Source of the DNA: Hydrolagus affinis
Taxonomy: Eukaryota
Direction of reading: 5' to 3'
DNA: 64,000 nucleotides
Assembly: GCA_012026655.1 (NCBI GenBank)
Contig: JAAILG010000125.1
Location: forward strand, 62,001 to 126,000
A program made the position numbers and the translations under genes. Below, in pieces: positions 1 through 11,515 of this stretch; position 1 is the first letter of the stretch; every line of letters starts with the position of its first letter. The notes under the pieces were generated by a model. It had not been told where the DNA came from and did not search any database. It saw only the letters and a program-made list of their open reading frames with translations.

Positions 1-135
1 GCCACTTAGTAAATCATATTGATTGCATTCACCTACAATATACACAGTCACTACACTTTACAGCATGCGCTGTGATGCATCCTTGAGATGTCCTGCTGAT
101 GTAAAACACACTATATCAAGTTAAGGATTTTTTTT
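1..135 (+). mobile_element. Decayed SINE/L2-type 3' tail fragment
   Basis: ccttgagatgtcctgctgatgtaaaacacactatatcaagttaaggatt matches the tail motif repeated throughout this window (aagcgctttgagacgtc...gtgaaaagcgctatatcaaatgcaaggattatt). Confidence 0.65.
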
Positions 136-324
136 ATTTGCGTTTTATGTATTGGATCTACATGGAGCTGTTGCTGACATTTAACACATTTCCCGCACTA
201 AGATAACATACTCTTTGTGGAAACAGACCAGTATTTGAAGAGAATTCAAACAGTTAAAGACAAAATGTTAAAGCTGGATTAAAGTTAACGGTTGATCACA
301 TATGCTATACTTATTTTTCCACCG

Positions 325-730
325 CCCCAAGCCAGTCAGGAACCTAGGTGTCTTGTTTGATCCTCAACTGTCTTTCCTCCCCACATCCAAGCCATCCTAA
401 CCCCCCTACCAATCTACCTGCTCCCTCCGCTCAGCAGGTTCCAGCCTACTTCATGTCGCCTAACACACCTGCCCCACCCATCGGCGGGTGAGCCTTCTGC
501 CCCTAACCTCTGAAATTCCATCCTGCCGTCCCTCCGCTTCATCCCCTCCCTAGCCTCATTCACGGTCCGCCTCAAGACAATCCTCTTCAATGGTGTCATC
601 GATCACCCGAAATCCCCTTCTTTCCCTCCACCCTCCCCAATTTCAATCCCAGCTCGGGTCTGAAACATTGTGCCTTGGGACATCCTCCTGACGTGAAAGG
701 CACCATACAAATGTAATTTTGTTGTTTTTT
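325..730 (+). mobile_element. L2-clade LINE 3' fragment (decayed ORF2 C-terminus plus 3' UTR)
   Basis: Reads VRNLGVLFDPQLSFLP from 335, then after disruptions NSILPSLRFIPSLASFTVRLKTILF, typical of the L2/CR1-group ORF2 end. It finishes with gccttgggacatcctcctgacgtgaaaggcaccatacaaatgtaattttgttg. Confidence 0.85.
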
Positions 731-1891
731 GAAAAATCTGGAAAAAGTGGCCAATGTATCTTGTGGGAAACAATGTATCCCCATTAGCACAAAAAATAAT
801 TTCTGGCTCTTAAAATATCCAAATCTTTCAAAGATTCTGAAAATATTTAAATCGGTGGATATTACTCTAAACTGAAAGCAACGTTTCAGGGCAAAGCGTA
901 ATTTCAGCTTTGCCTTGGCTGAGCTGCCACGATGGTTCTTGTTGGGACCAATGTACTGAGATCATTTGAAGTATTCTTGCCCTGGAAGAAGAGGGCTAGA
1001 AGGGAAACACTATCCATCAGGTTGGCTTGCCTGATTTGGGCCTCCTCAATATCACCCATGTACACATTATATATGGTGACAGGCCTAATCAGAGTGACTG
1101 AATTTAGTTTCTTGTCATGTGCTTGAGTAGTATATCTTGAATAGTGATCCTGTACTTAGCATTTAGTGAAGCTTTGGCCACTTTGCATTTGGCAAAATCA
1201 CCTGAAAAAATCCTTCTACTGAGCTACAACAGGATTATTTGGGGGACAAAGCAAGAGGAAACGTGGGAGTCTTTTATACTGGATGACAAGTTTCTATTCC
1301 AGGCATTTTGGAATAGGTTCTATTCCAGGTATTTTGATGAGCTGAAATTTTTTTTTACCAAAAGCACATAAAATTTATAAGCTTTGCAGCAGTTTCCTTG
1401 TCAATTTCAACAGAGTAAACAGCACCGTTTTAATATAATGTCTATAGCTGCTGCTGCATAATATCTACATGTCTAAAAGGTTCATTAGTAATCAAAAAGG
1501 AACTCAGGTGCAAGACTTATGTCACTGAAATATCAATATGAATAAAAATGTCTGTTTGCTTTCTAATTCTGATGTGTCCTCCTAACCATGCAAGTCTCAA
1601 TGTTTGGGTTTTGCAGCAGATACAAATCAACAGGTAGCTCAGGTGTCGGAATAAAATCGGACGCAAGCTCCTATAAGTGTACTTACTCAGTTTCTTCATT
1701 TCACATTTTCTTATTAGAGGACCTGCACATAGTTTCTAGATACTCCAGTTTATTTCTCATCAACACTGCAGTTTATTCCTGCAACAACACTAATAGGTTC
1801 TTTTAAAAACAAATGCACATATCCAGAGATCCCTATAGTGGTGTGGATCAAGAAGTGTCTTATTTCGCCCAAAAAGTATACAGGTTTACCA

Positions 1892-1978
1892 TACAGTGTA
1901 TCATGTGAAGCGTTTTGTGATGTCTTGAAGATGTGATAAGGTACTATACCAAATGCAAGGATTATTATCATTATTACT
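1892..1978 (+). mobile_element. SINE 3' tail fragment
   Basis: gtgaagcgttttgtgatgtcttgaagatgtgataaggtactataccaaatgcaaggattattatcattatt, the shared tail ending in an (ATT)n microsatellite. Confidence 0.8.
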
Positions 1979-2074
1979 TGAACTCATCCTTGCAAAATAC
2001 TCAACAATGATTTGTGAAATTACTGTTGAAAGGTGTGATCGCAAACAATGTTTGAGGTCAAGTACCCAATGGTG

Positions 2075-2460
2075 GTAATAATGCCTCAATACTTGCATTT
2101 GATACAGAATCTTTCAAGTCAGGAGAATGTCTCAAACATACGATTACTGTAAAATGTTAGTGACTGTAGTTTACAGGCGAATGCAGCATTTAGCTTGTGC
2201 TCAGCAATGTACTACAACCATCGACTAATTTTACCTGGGGTTTTGTTGGCCAGGATACAGGTAGAAAATCTTCTTGTTTTTGTAAAAAAATTAGTGCCAT
2301 GGGAACTTTAACTTCCCCTGGAACAGGCAAATAGGGCCTTGCTTTAATATTTCATCCAAACGATAGCAGACTCGGACAATGCAACGTAGCCCAGCACTGA
2401 TTGGAACATCAGCCTGGACTGTGGGTTAAAGTGGAGATGGGATGGGATATGGTAACCAGG
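2075..2460 (-). mobile_element. Deu-domain SINE (SacSINE1/AmnSINE1-related), near full length, decayed
   Basis: Plus strand shows tagtgccatgggaactttaac...gggccttgctttaatatttcatccaaacga...gacaatgca...cagcctggactgtg, the reverse complement of the Deu core as recalled. Similar blocks occur at about 10910, 26115 and 57735, and the tail is at the left end. Confidence 0.75.
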
Positions 2461-2599
2461 TTACAGATACTGTTCAGGTATACTATTCATTGCATCATAG
2501 TTGTCCACAATTCTTTTGAAAACTGGCTTCTGAATCAATATTGATAGTAAGATTGTTCCACTACTACATTAGGTTAAATAGTCAGACAATGATCTTACT

Positions 2600-2660
2600 G
2601 CTGGACGTCCTCCCGACGTGAAAGGCGCTTTATAAGTTTAAGTTGTTGTTGTTGTTGCTG
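2600..2660 (+). mobile_element. L2 3' terminus
   Basis: ggacgtcctcccgacgtgaaaggcgctttataagtttaagttgttgttgttgttg, an L2 tail with (TTG)n. Confidence 0.8.
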
Positions 2661-5059
2661 AGATCAGGAGAAAAGTCAAGTCTGATAGAATCTCCAATAA
2701 GGTCAGGTGGTAATGAAGCATCAGAATTCTAAAACAATTTGTGATTTAACTTAATTTGTTATCTTTATTCTTATATCAAAATTACATCTGCAATGCAGGG
2801 GATGTGGATTAAATGCATTGTGCTGTCAATTCATTCTATAAATCTGTCATAGGTATATACTAATCAATAAGCAACACTTATATTGTGCACGGATATCTGA
2901 CTGGGGATTAACATTAAGCGCATGATATGATGGGAATGTGCAGATATTAATCATCTATCCGCTCAATATCTAATTCATTTATACCCTTTCTATTTCCAAT
3001 GAAAGAACTGGGAATTGGGAGATAAACAGGGCTTGGTAAGTGCTACAGTGTGTGGACACCGAGCGGTTATGCATTACCTTTTGTGAACCTTTAATATATG
3101 GCAACAAATCATATGCATCATGTTACCAGCAGGTCACCCAGGGTGGGTATGGCACATATTAAATAGCTATTGAAATTCGCAATATTTCTCACTTGGTGAA
3201 ATTAAGCCATCTAAAGCCTGAAGTAAAATCAATATCATATTTTAAAACAGGGTACATATTGTTCTGAACATTTTCAAACTGTTGCACAACTTCAGAACGA
3301 GGGTCGAAAAGAAACTTCATGCTGCAAAATTCAATAAGCAAAATTGACCCTGTATATTAAAGAAACTAAACCTTCTTATATTGATTCCAACGGAGATGGC
3401 AAGTGGAGAGAGGGTATCCAGACAATGTGGATAAAACACTATCCACTGTAACAGACTCAGAATCATCTTGCCCTACCTTGGCTGTACGAAGACACCATCT
3501 GCTGCAGCGAGCTGGCAGACACAGAGAAGCAGTGACATCTGACACCATATCATAGAGGTGGGAAGTGTAAGTACTAATCATTAGATTACAATAAAAGTAA
3601 TTTTTTTCCCCTGACACAATTCCCTTGAGACCCAAGTGTTGATGAAATCAGACATACAATGAAAATAGTTGAATTAAGGTGATCTGTGAGCACCTATACA
3701 ATGCCATGCCTCGCTGGTTTCTTTGGCTATCTATTACTTAACATTGTTGAATACAATGATGCAATTTCGTCACATGAACTGGATGGTAGGTGAGTGACAG
3801 AGAGCAGATATTGCAGTCTATTGATTGCTGACCCTGTCCCACATATAATTACAATGCGTTATGTGTAGATCTCGAAACTACAGTTGATCTACATTGAACT
3901 GACATGCTGACAAAAATATATTGTCCACTTTATATACAATATGTTTTCAATGCCATTCTTCCATCGTTGTAGCTCAGCTCACATTTTCGTGGCTCACACA
4001 AATTAATTTTAGGGACATCAAGAAAAATGTATTATTACAGTTCTCCTGAATACAGCATCTACTCCGCACAAACCATTTAAAGTCTCTTTTTTTGTAATAG
4101 GTAAGCCTTTAACAGGAGCTCGTGAAACAGCATAGCAAGAAAAACAATGCTTGCTGCAATCCCTTTCCAGGATTTCGGATTAAAATGCTTGATCGGAAGC
4201 ACGGTAAGGTTTCGAAAACAAGCACCCAAATCAATGTGTGCCATTGACTATCTCAGAGAATGCCCTTAACATTTTCTACAAACTATTTTAAAAGGGGATT
4301 TAATGCAGCTAAAGCTTATTGATGAGAATATAGGCAAAGCTAATAGACCAAAGTGTAAAATGTATTGCTAAATTTCCTGGGCATGAAATTAGTCATAGAG
4401 CGTGCTGTATACATACAGGACTGTTGGAACTGAATAGCAGTTCTTCCTAATGTATCTCAATTTACTGCACATCCTTTTTTGGCTTATTTTTGCAGCTGAG
4501 CCTCTAACCATGAGGATAAGGCAATTGGAGCTCCAGGCTTCTCAACTTTGCCAGTATTGTCACTGAATTTGCTGATGGAAGGAATTCCCAGTGAGACATA
4601 ACTGAGCTAAGCTCTGTACAAACAGCCAACCAACAAAACAGTTGCTTCTTGGTGGGTTACATTCTAGTACAATCCAAAGGAAGGCTACAAAATCACAATC
4701 TATGGAGTATGTAATCCTCAATTTTACCTGGGGTTAGTTAGGAGATTGAGGGAGACCAGGTGATAGGAGGTCAGATTTGTGACCACTAATGGAATCAATG
4801 ACTGCATATTAGAAAGACGTTTGGTAAAAAGGATTGGTGCCTTAACGTTACCACCCCAATGGTAGCAGTAGGCTATTCAGCGCCATATCGTAACTTAGAT
4901 GTTTCATTATAAAAATACAAATTTTAACAATGATTTGAAGCTCCAACGGTGCAAAACGTCTTCCTCACAGTCTCTTGTCAAAGTTTATCTATAATTCCTC
5001 ACTAACATCAGTTCTGAGGTACCCAGACCAAGGCGCATTTACTACTTGAGGGTGTTCGC

Positions 5060-5165
5060 CTAGAAAATATACAGTCATTGCACTTTACAGTAAATCCTGT
5101 GAAGTGCTTTGAGATGCCCTCTCAAAACGAAAGGTTCATATCAAATGCAAGAGTAATTATTATGA
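5060..5165 (+). mobile_element. SINE 3' tail fragment
   Basis: cactttacagtaaatcctgtgaagtgctttgagatgcc...atatcaaatgcaagagtaattattat. Confidence 0.75.
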
Positions 5166-6109
5166 ATTATAAAGTGCTTTATTTAAAGTGCTGTAATAGT
5201 ACTTGAAGGATAAAGCACAGAATTAAATACAATTATAAATTCATTTCAGTCGTTTGTTGCGCAAATATCACAATTGACACTTTTTAATGTAATTTATGCC
5301 TTTGTACAGTAGCATGTAAACGGATTTGAGGTTCGTTACTTTGGAACAAGCTGAGAAATAGGCTCAGGAGGTGCATTTTTGTTAAAAAAAACTAAAAAAT
5401 ACATAGGGGGCCTGATTAAAATCTGTTGGAAATTCTATTCAACATCCCTTTAAAGCCAAAGATTAAATTTATTTGATTACGAGAATAAACCATGACATTG
5501 AAGTAAAAATTTTATATTTAGACCACCATCATCCCTATAGTGGAATGTGTTCCCAAGCATTTGATGGTACATACGATTGATTGTACATAGGATTGATTGT
5601 ACAGTGGTAGTGTCTGGAATGAAGTAAAGGATTACATGTGTCAAAGAAAGTCAATAGTGTCTGTCTATGCAGTCCACATTTTGCTGTAAATCTGAAATTA
5701 AACATGCAGAGCAAAAAAAAAGCTAGTTCAAGGGAAAAGCCCTCCACAGGATAACTACAAAAGGAAAGACAGTTCCAAAAAGATATCTGAATATTCAGAT
5801 TTAATCCTGGTTATAAAACAAAGGTTAATGACTAATTAACCAATAAGGTGCCAAACAAGTTTGCTCTGTGAATAAATCCCAATTTTGTCTATACTGCTTT
5901 TTTTGACATGATTCGTTCATTGATACAATGCTTTGGCATGAAATTGCGTGGTTAACTAGTAAATTTGAAAGTGAATGGCATAGGAGCTTGGCCGCTGAAG
6001 AGGTGGTCTTGGAAGCACTTTGATTCTTATCTCTGCCGAATTAACACTGTGGTGCAACTAGTTTATGGCTCACTTCCACTATGCCTTTCAATAGATCTTG
6101 AATGATACA

Positions 6110-6195
6110 AGGTCCTCAATGAACATTGTTAAAGTGCCTTGGGACATCCTCCTGACATGAAAGGCGCTTTAAAAAGGTAATTTTGTTATTGTTGT
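6110..6195 (+). mobile_element. L2 3' terminus
   Basis: aagtgccttgggacatcctcctgacatgaaaggcgctttaaaaaggtaattttgttattgttg, near-identical to 670-725. Confidence 0.85.
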
Positions 6196-7691
6196 AAAGG
6201 GAATTCAATAGTACCCATGAATAGAATTGCAACAAAAATTTGGAAATAATCATGGTCATATTTTGGACACAAAGAACAAAAGAAATGGGTAACCAAATCA
6301 AATATTACAATGGCAAATAGTACTTACAGCCACTCTGAATTCAGTACTCTGATCTCCTTATTTGTTATAAATGTGGAAAAGGACATCACAAAGAAAATGG
6401 TCCCAAACCTAATCTAAATGATAATCTCAAAGGCTGGTGTAGGTTGGGACTTTGCCACCCCCACTGAATGAAACCTGAGGGTACAACTCCCCACACTCGG
6501 TACCTGATGTCATGCCTGAAGCCCCATTTACACCAGAGTATATAGATCTGGTTTCACAGTCAAGCGCAAATACATTGACTTCATGTTCAACTGAAATTAA
6601 ACTGCGTGTTAGATTCACTGGTGAGAACATTCTGATTTAAATTCTTCTTCATCTCCTGCTGTTACGCTGGACGTGCGACTGCATGCATCAGACAGGTAAT
6701 TTCACACTGTCCGAACTGTATTTGATCTCTCAGAGTAAATGGGCTTTAAGCCTCCAACCTTGCAGACGGTACTCTGAGGGTTAACTGACAGGGAGCTCCA
6801 CCAGCTCAGGAAGATAAATCACAGTTGCTTGAAGTCAGCCGACAGCGATTTAAGCTGTTGCAATCATTGTAATCACCTAGGGGGTTCTTCTTTTATCTTA
6901 CTAAATGCAAAAGCATATCAGGAATAGGTAATATCAGCTAGCTGTCAAGAGTGTAGCTTTTTACATAAATAACAGCTGCATTATGTAAATTCTGTTGACA
7001 AAATGTAATAAAACAAAACATTTCAAATATGACCATTCCCTGATGCATTACTTCACCTCAACGTACTCACTTATAGTGTGCATATGAGATTATATTGTTT
7101 GCTTTCATCTGTCAGAAATCAATATTTCAAACAACCGATAAGAGAGGAAATTGAACTGGGAATAGACTGGAGTGCTGTAAAACTACAAAGCACAATTATC
7201 AAAAAGCACTTAAGGTATTTAATAGGATACAAGTATAAAAATGCTGAAATTAATGTCTGGAAAGTATAATGAGAACTTTTTCCACACTTTTTGATCACAA
7301 CCTACTATAACCCAGCAAAGCCCAATCTGTCAATACAATTCACGAAGATTATCACCCAGCAGACAGTTAGCAGCTGGTTCTCCTGAACTGTCAGTTGTGG
7401 TGGGATTCATTTCTCAATTTTTTTTTTTTCACAAACAAATACTGCTTTACAGGTGCAAGAATCTTTTTGGTATTTTAATACATTTGATAAAGCAGCTTTT
7501 AATGATCTTTTCCTTCAGATGTTTTCGACTCCAGAAATTGGAACCTAATAAACAGGGATGCGAGACCTGTGGTTTCTATTTGAGAAATGGTGGAATCATA
7601 TTACCACTGATACCCAATTGCACCTGCAAGAAACGCTCACATTACTACGCAGCTCGGTATAATGTACATGGGAATTAGTGTAACACAAAAT

Positions 7692-8050
7692 GGAGTCCCA
7701 TAGCGTAGTGGTTAGCATGCTTTCCTCACAAGCGAGAGGACTTGGATTCAATTCCCGGGCGAGGTGAAACCTTAGGCAAGTTTCCTTACTCCACTCGCCT
7801 CAGTTTACTTAGTGGTAGGTGGGAATCCTTGCTGGTCGATTGGCGGATCGCCTTCAGGGATAATAATGTCTCAAACAAAAACAAAAAATAAATTGGGTGA
7901 CTCAAACCACGACTGTTTGTGAGACACTGCTATGTGTAATTGGCTGCCACATTTCTCCCACAAAACATAGAGACAATCCACTTTACAATGAAGCGCTTCG
8001 AGGCGTCTCAATGACATGATATGCAAGGATTATTATTACTAGTAGTATTA
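7692..8050 (+). mobile_element. tRNA-Val-derived SINE, near full length
   Basis: The head ggagtcccatagcgtagtggttagcatgctttcctcacaagcgagaggacttggattcaattcccgggc resembles tRNA-Val(CAC), with a Pol III A box (7701-7711) and B box (about 7744-7755). A body follows, then the shared tail tgcaaggattattattact. Related heads occur at 17590-17687 (-) and 21285-21386. Confidence 0.88.
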
Positions 8051-8184
8051 AAATTTGAGTCAAGTTATGATCAGTTTGGTGCTGTGGAGTGTGCTAAGTC
8101 AAAACTAAGTCAAGAATTTAACGTAAAGCCTCTTGGAGCTGGAAAGAGAAAATTTGCATCCATTAGATTAAAAAAATTGGTCAT

Positions 8185-8350
8185 TTCAATGCATGACTGT
8201 TTGTGGGATACTGCTGTGCACAATTGGCTGCTGTGTTTTGCCCCAAAATTCTGTGAAGTAAATTCTATGAAGCGCTTTGAGACGTCTAGAAGCACTATAT
8301 CAAATGCAAAGATTATTATTAGTATTATTATTATTTTTATTATTATATTC
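8185..8350 (+). mobile_element. 5'-truncated copy of the same SINE
   Basis: catgactgtttgtgggatactgctgtgcacaattggctgc...aagcgctttgagacgtctagaagcactatatcaaatgcaaagattattatt, which aligns to 7908-8040. Confidence 0.85.
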
Positions 8351-9084
8351 AGTTAATTCAAACCCAGCTAGCTCTAAGTGATGGAATGAACACATTCAAG
8401 ATCACCGCAATCCCACAGTTTCCCAAACGCTAACACATTTCTACTAATATATCAAGGTGCAAATATCCTGCCTCAGTCAGTCCGACCATTTAGGAATAAA
8501 TATGAGGCAATTACCTATATCTACTGGACAATAAAGAGCTTTTATACATGTTAATTTACCAACAAGCATGAATGAAGTGATTCAATAGCATATTATGTAA
8601 AATAAAAAATCATAATTTTTTCTAAAATGCTTAACAACATGAAGTGTGTTACAAGACAGGAAAAGTAGTTTGATTTAAAATGCAATGGCGTGCATTGTGG
8701 GGCCTCTTTTACAATATTAATATCAGTTGTTTTTCACATGGCAGGGTGCAAGGCTAGGAACTTATCACTCAAATGCTTTGTGCACTGGAGGCATCGTCTA
8801 TGTGGACTAGAAACAATAAATGCATTGTGAAACATGCAACTAAGCTGCTACCCTCTGAACTTGGGACAACTAATTTTTAATGATTGTAAATTCAAATAGG
8901 ATGTCCTTTCTCTATTTGGAAAAGGTTGACACTTACAGTTGCCACACACAGAATGAGCTTTTGCCATAACAGCAGGCCGAAAACTCTCCAGTATTGTCCC
9001 TTACTTATAAGCTACAGAAGATCAAAGTAACCTATTTTTGATTTCACATCGACTACCTTCAGGTTACAGTTATTTCTTGCTCAT

Positions 9085-9170
9085 TTGTCTACAAAATAGT
9101 CACTACAGATCACAGTAAATCCTATGAAGCGCTCTGTGATGTCCTCCTAACCTGAGAGATGTTATGTCAC
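9085..9170 (+). mobile_element. Decayed SINE tail fragment
   Basis: tagtcactacagatcacagtaaatcctatgaagcgctctgtgatgtcctcc. Confidence 0.6.
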
Positions 9171-10694
9171 ACTTAATCCTATATATTTGCAGTGGCAAGT
9201 TAAGGTTAGAATTGTACATTTGGTGTAAAATATGTAGGTTTTTATATTGTTGTTTCACTACAAGGTCCTGACGATTCGCTTCAGATCTAATTATTAAAAG
9301 TCTCCTCTCTCTGCGGTCTGCAACGGGTCTGACTTGAAATGAGTTTGGATATTTCCAAAACTAACTGCATACAGATGCACTGAAGAAACGTGTCATTGAT
9401 TTGACATTACTGCATCTGAATCTGAATATATATCCGGCAGATTTGTGAAGTAATCGCATCTCTCTGAGAGATGAGGCACTAATACCCCACTTCAAATACA
9501 CTTTAATTGCACACAAGACAAAAATAGTGCAAAATCATCAGTGGTCTGATTTAGTTTGTTCTGCCCGATAATAATTGGTTTCAATGATAAGTTATGACTC
9601 ATCATTACATCAGTAGCAGCTTGTATATGTATTGACAGTCAGAATGCACAAACACTACACTACTATATTACCGACCATTAGTTTAATGGAGCTTGTTCTA
9701 TAGATTCTCAAAGGGCTGCCTTTTTTCTCTTCAGTTCCGCAACAGCAATGGTTTCAATCTTTGACAAAGTGATATTTTTCACAGTTCATTACAAGGTGTG
9801 TCCTGATGTCGCTGCTCAGCACCTGGCTCACGGGATATCGGGTTTACATGTCACAACAGCTGACAACCTAGTGGCAGTGTGGGTACATCTGGCAGTGCTA
9901 ACATTCATGCTGTTGCACATAAGGAGATCATTCAATGTGTCCCCTGCTGTCACTGCAGCAGTTTTTCATCACCTCAACCATTTGTTAAGGTTTTACTTAA
10001 TTTATTTAATGGAAGAAGCGTACAAGACGTAGCAAAGGAAAAGAGGAAAAAAGATATGATCTATTTGTGTTGTAGCTGCAGCTATTGAAACAAGCTCAAT
10101 TACTATTAAATTATATTTGCCTGCTGTCAAAACAATAGATTTGGGTTATAAATAAATGATTTTGCGAATGTACTGGGATGACAACCTTATGGCATTGATA
10201 GTTTCAGATGAAACCAGCTACCCACAGCTATCTCTTTAACTTACCCTGCAGCCCATACTAACCAGCAAGCAATCTAAATAATCTGTTTACCAGTTATTGT
10301 TTCTCCATACTGACAAACTCTTCATAGAAATGTGCATTTCATTTTCTTGCAGATAGAATCTTACCATCGATAATTTGTTTTTAAAAGTTAACATTTTACT
10401 GTTTTCATTGCCCCGCTTAATTTTTTTTAAAACAGGAAACAATTTTGACAAAACTTTGAATGTTGAATATTAGAAACAACGTGAAGGGTTCTAGAGAGGA
10501 TTAACTGGAAATTACAAGAGCAGCCAATCCACCAATTCTCACCTTCAGAAGAAGACAAGGCATGCCTCAAGGCATACACACAAACCATACAAGACGAAGG
10601 GATTGCTGGCTTCGGCCAGTTGGGAAGGGACATTCCATTGCAAAAGAACATGGCTACAGTAACATTAGGATCTATTAAACTTTATTCATCTAAA

Positions 10695-11515
10695 AATAAT
10701 CCTTGCATTTGATATAGTGCCTCATCGTGTTGGGAAGTCACAAAGTGCTTCTCAGAATACACTGTAAAGAGGATTGACTATTTTGTGAGCAAAATGCAGT
10801 AGCCAGTTACACATAGCAATGTATCGCAAACAGCCATGGAGTGAGTGATCAATTTTATTTGAGGGATTGTTGGCTTGCATATAAGGGGAAAATGCACTTC
10901 CTCTTTTGAATAGTGCCATGGGATCTTTAACGTCAGCACATCTCCAGCACCACATTGGGATGTTAGCTTAGACCAGGGGTCGGCAACCCATGGCCCGCAG
11001 GCCACATCCGGCCTGCAGAGAAATTCCACCCGGTCCACCATGAGCCTGCCACGCGAGTGGTGAGTGTAATAGCGAGCAGTGCGAGGGCTGAATGTTCGGT
11101 CGTCAACTGTCCGGGTGAGTTCACTAATCCTGAGGGAGCGGCCGCGAGCGAGCTGGAGGACGACAGATGGAAGGTAAGTCAGGCAGCGGCAGGGAGTCAC
11201 AGGGCTGGTCTCCTGGAGATTGGGGCCAGCGGTAGCCAGCGGTAGCCAGATGGGTCCCGGGGATCTGAGCTGCAAGAGCTAGAGACAGGGCCAGGGACCA
11301 GCCGGTAGCTGTAGGCCAGGCCGGGTGTCTTGGGGCCGAGGTCTCGGGGCCCGAGCGGAGACCATTACCAGGCTCAGGAGGAGCCGCCATTTTGGGCTTT
11401 CGGATTGTCCTGCCGAGTTCCTCCTCCATGGCATCACATCCGCCCGCCAAGTTCCGGCCCACAATAGGTGAAAGGTTGCCAATCACTGGCTTAGACTATG
11501 TGATTCCAAGTCCCT
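10695..11515 (-). mobile_element. Deu-domain SINE interrupted by a hAT MITE (SINE parts about 10695-10973 and 11489-11515)
   Basis: Tail aataatccttgcatttgatatagtgcc, then core gaatagtgccatgggatctttaacgtc. The segment gttagcttagac|tatgtgattccaagtcc resumes after the insert. Confidence 0.75.
10974..11488. mobile_element. Non-autonomous hAT (Charlie-like) DNA transposon / MITE, 515 bp
   Basis: Perfect 8-bp TSD GCTTAGAC (10966-10973 and 11489-11496). Imperfect 15-bp TIRs CAGGGGTCGGCAACC / CAGTGATTGGCAACC (revcomp). Subterminal GGCCC/CCGGCC motifs and a GC-rich interior with no transposase ORF. Confidence 0.92.

Noticed and set aside
1292-1337. 26-bp-period duplication (ttctattccagg x2) with a small hairpin
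   Set aside because: A two-unit local slippage duplication with no further structure. The same applies to gttaatgcaaag x2 near 22087.
7397-7678. Cys-containing 93-aa ORF with a good acceptor at about 7518
   Set aside because: There is no convincing donor or recognisable domain, and the N-terminal part is low-complexity.
7692-7770. tRNA-Val gene
   Set aside because: The acceptor and T stems do not pair properly, and the sequence continues into a SINE body and tail, so it is a SINE head. The same applies to 17610-17687.
10778-11486. Overlapping 165-aa, 120-aa and shorter ORFs
   Set aside because: They lie within the GC-rich hAT MITE and the DeuSINE, and show no transposase or other recognisable motifs. 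High GC explains the lack of stop codons.
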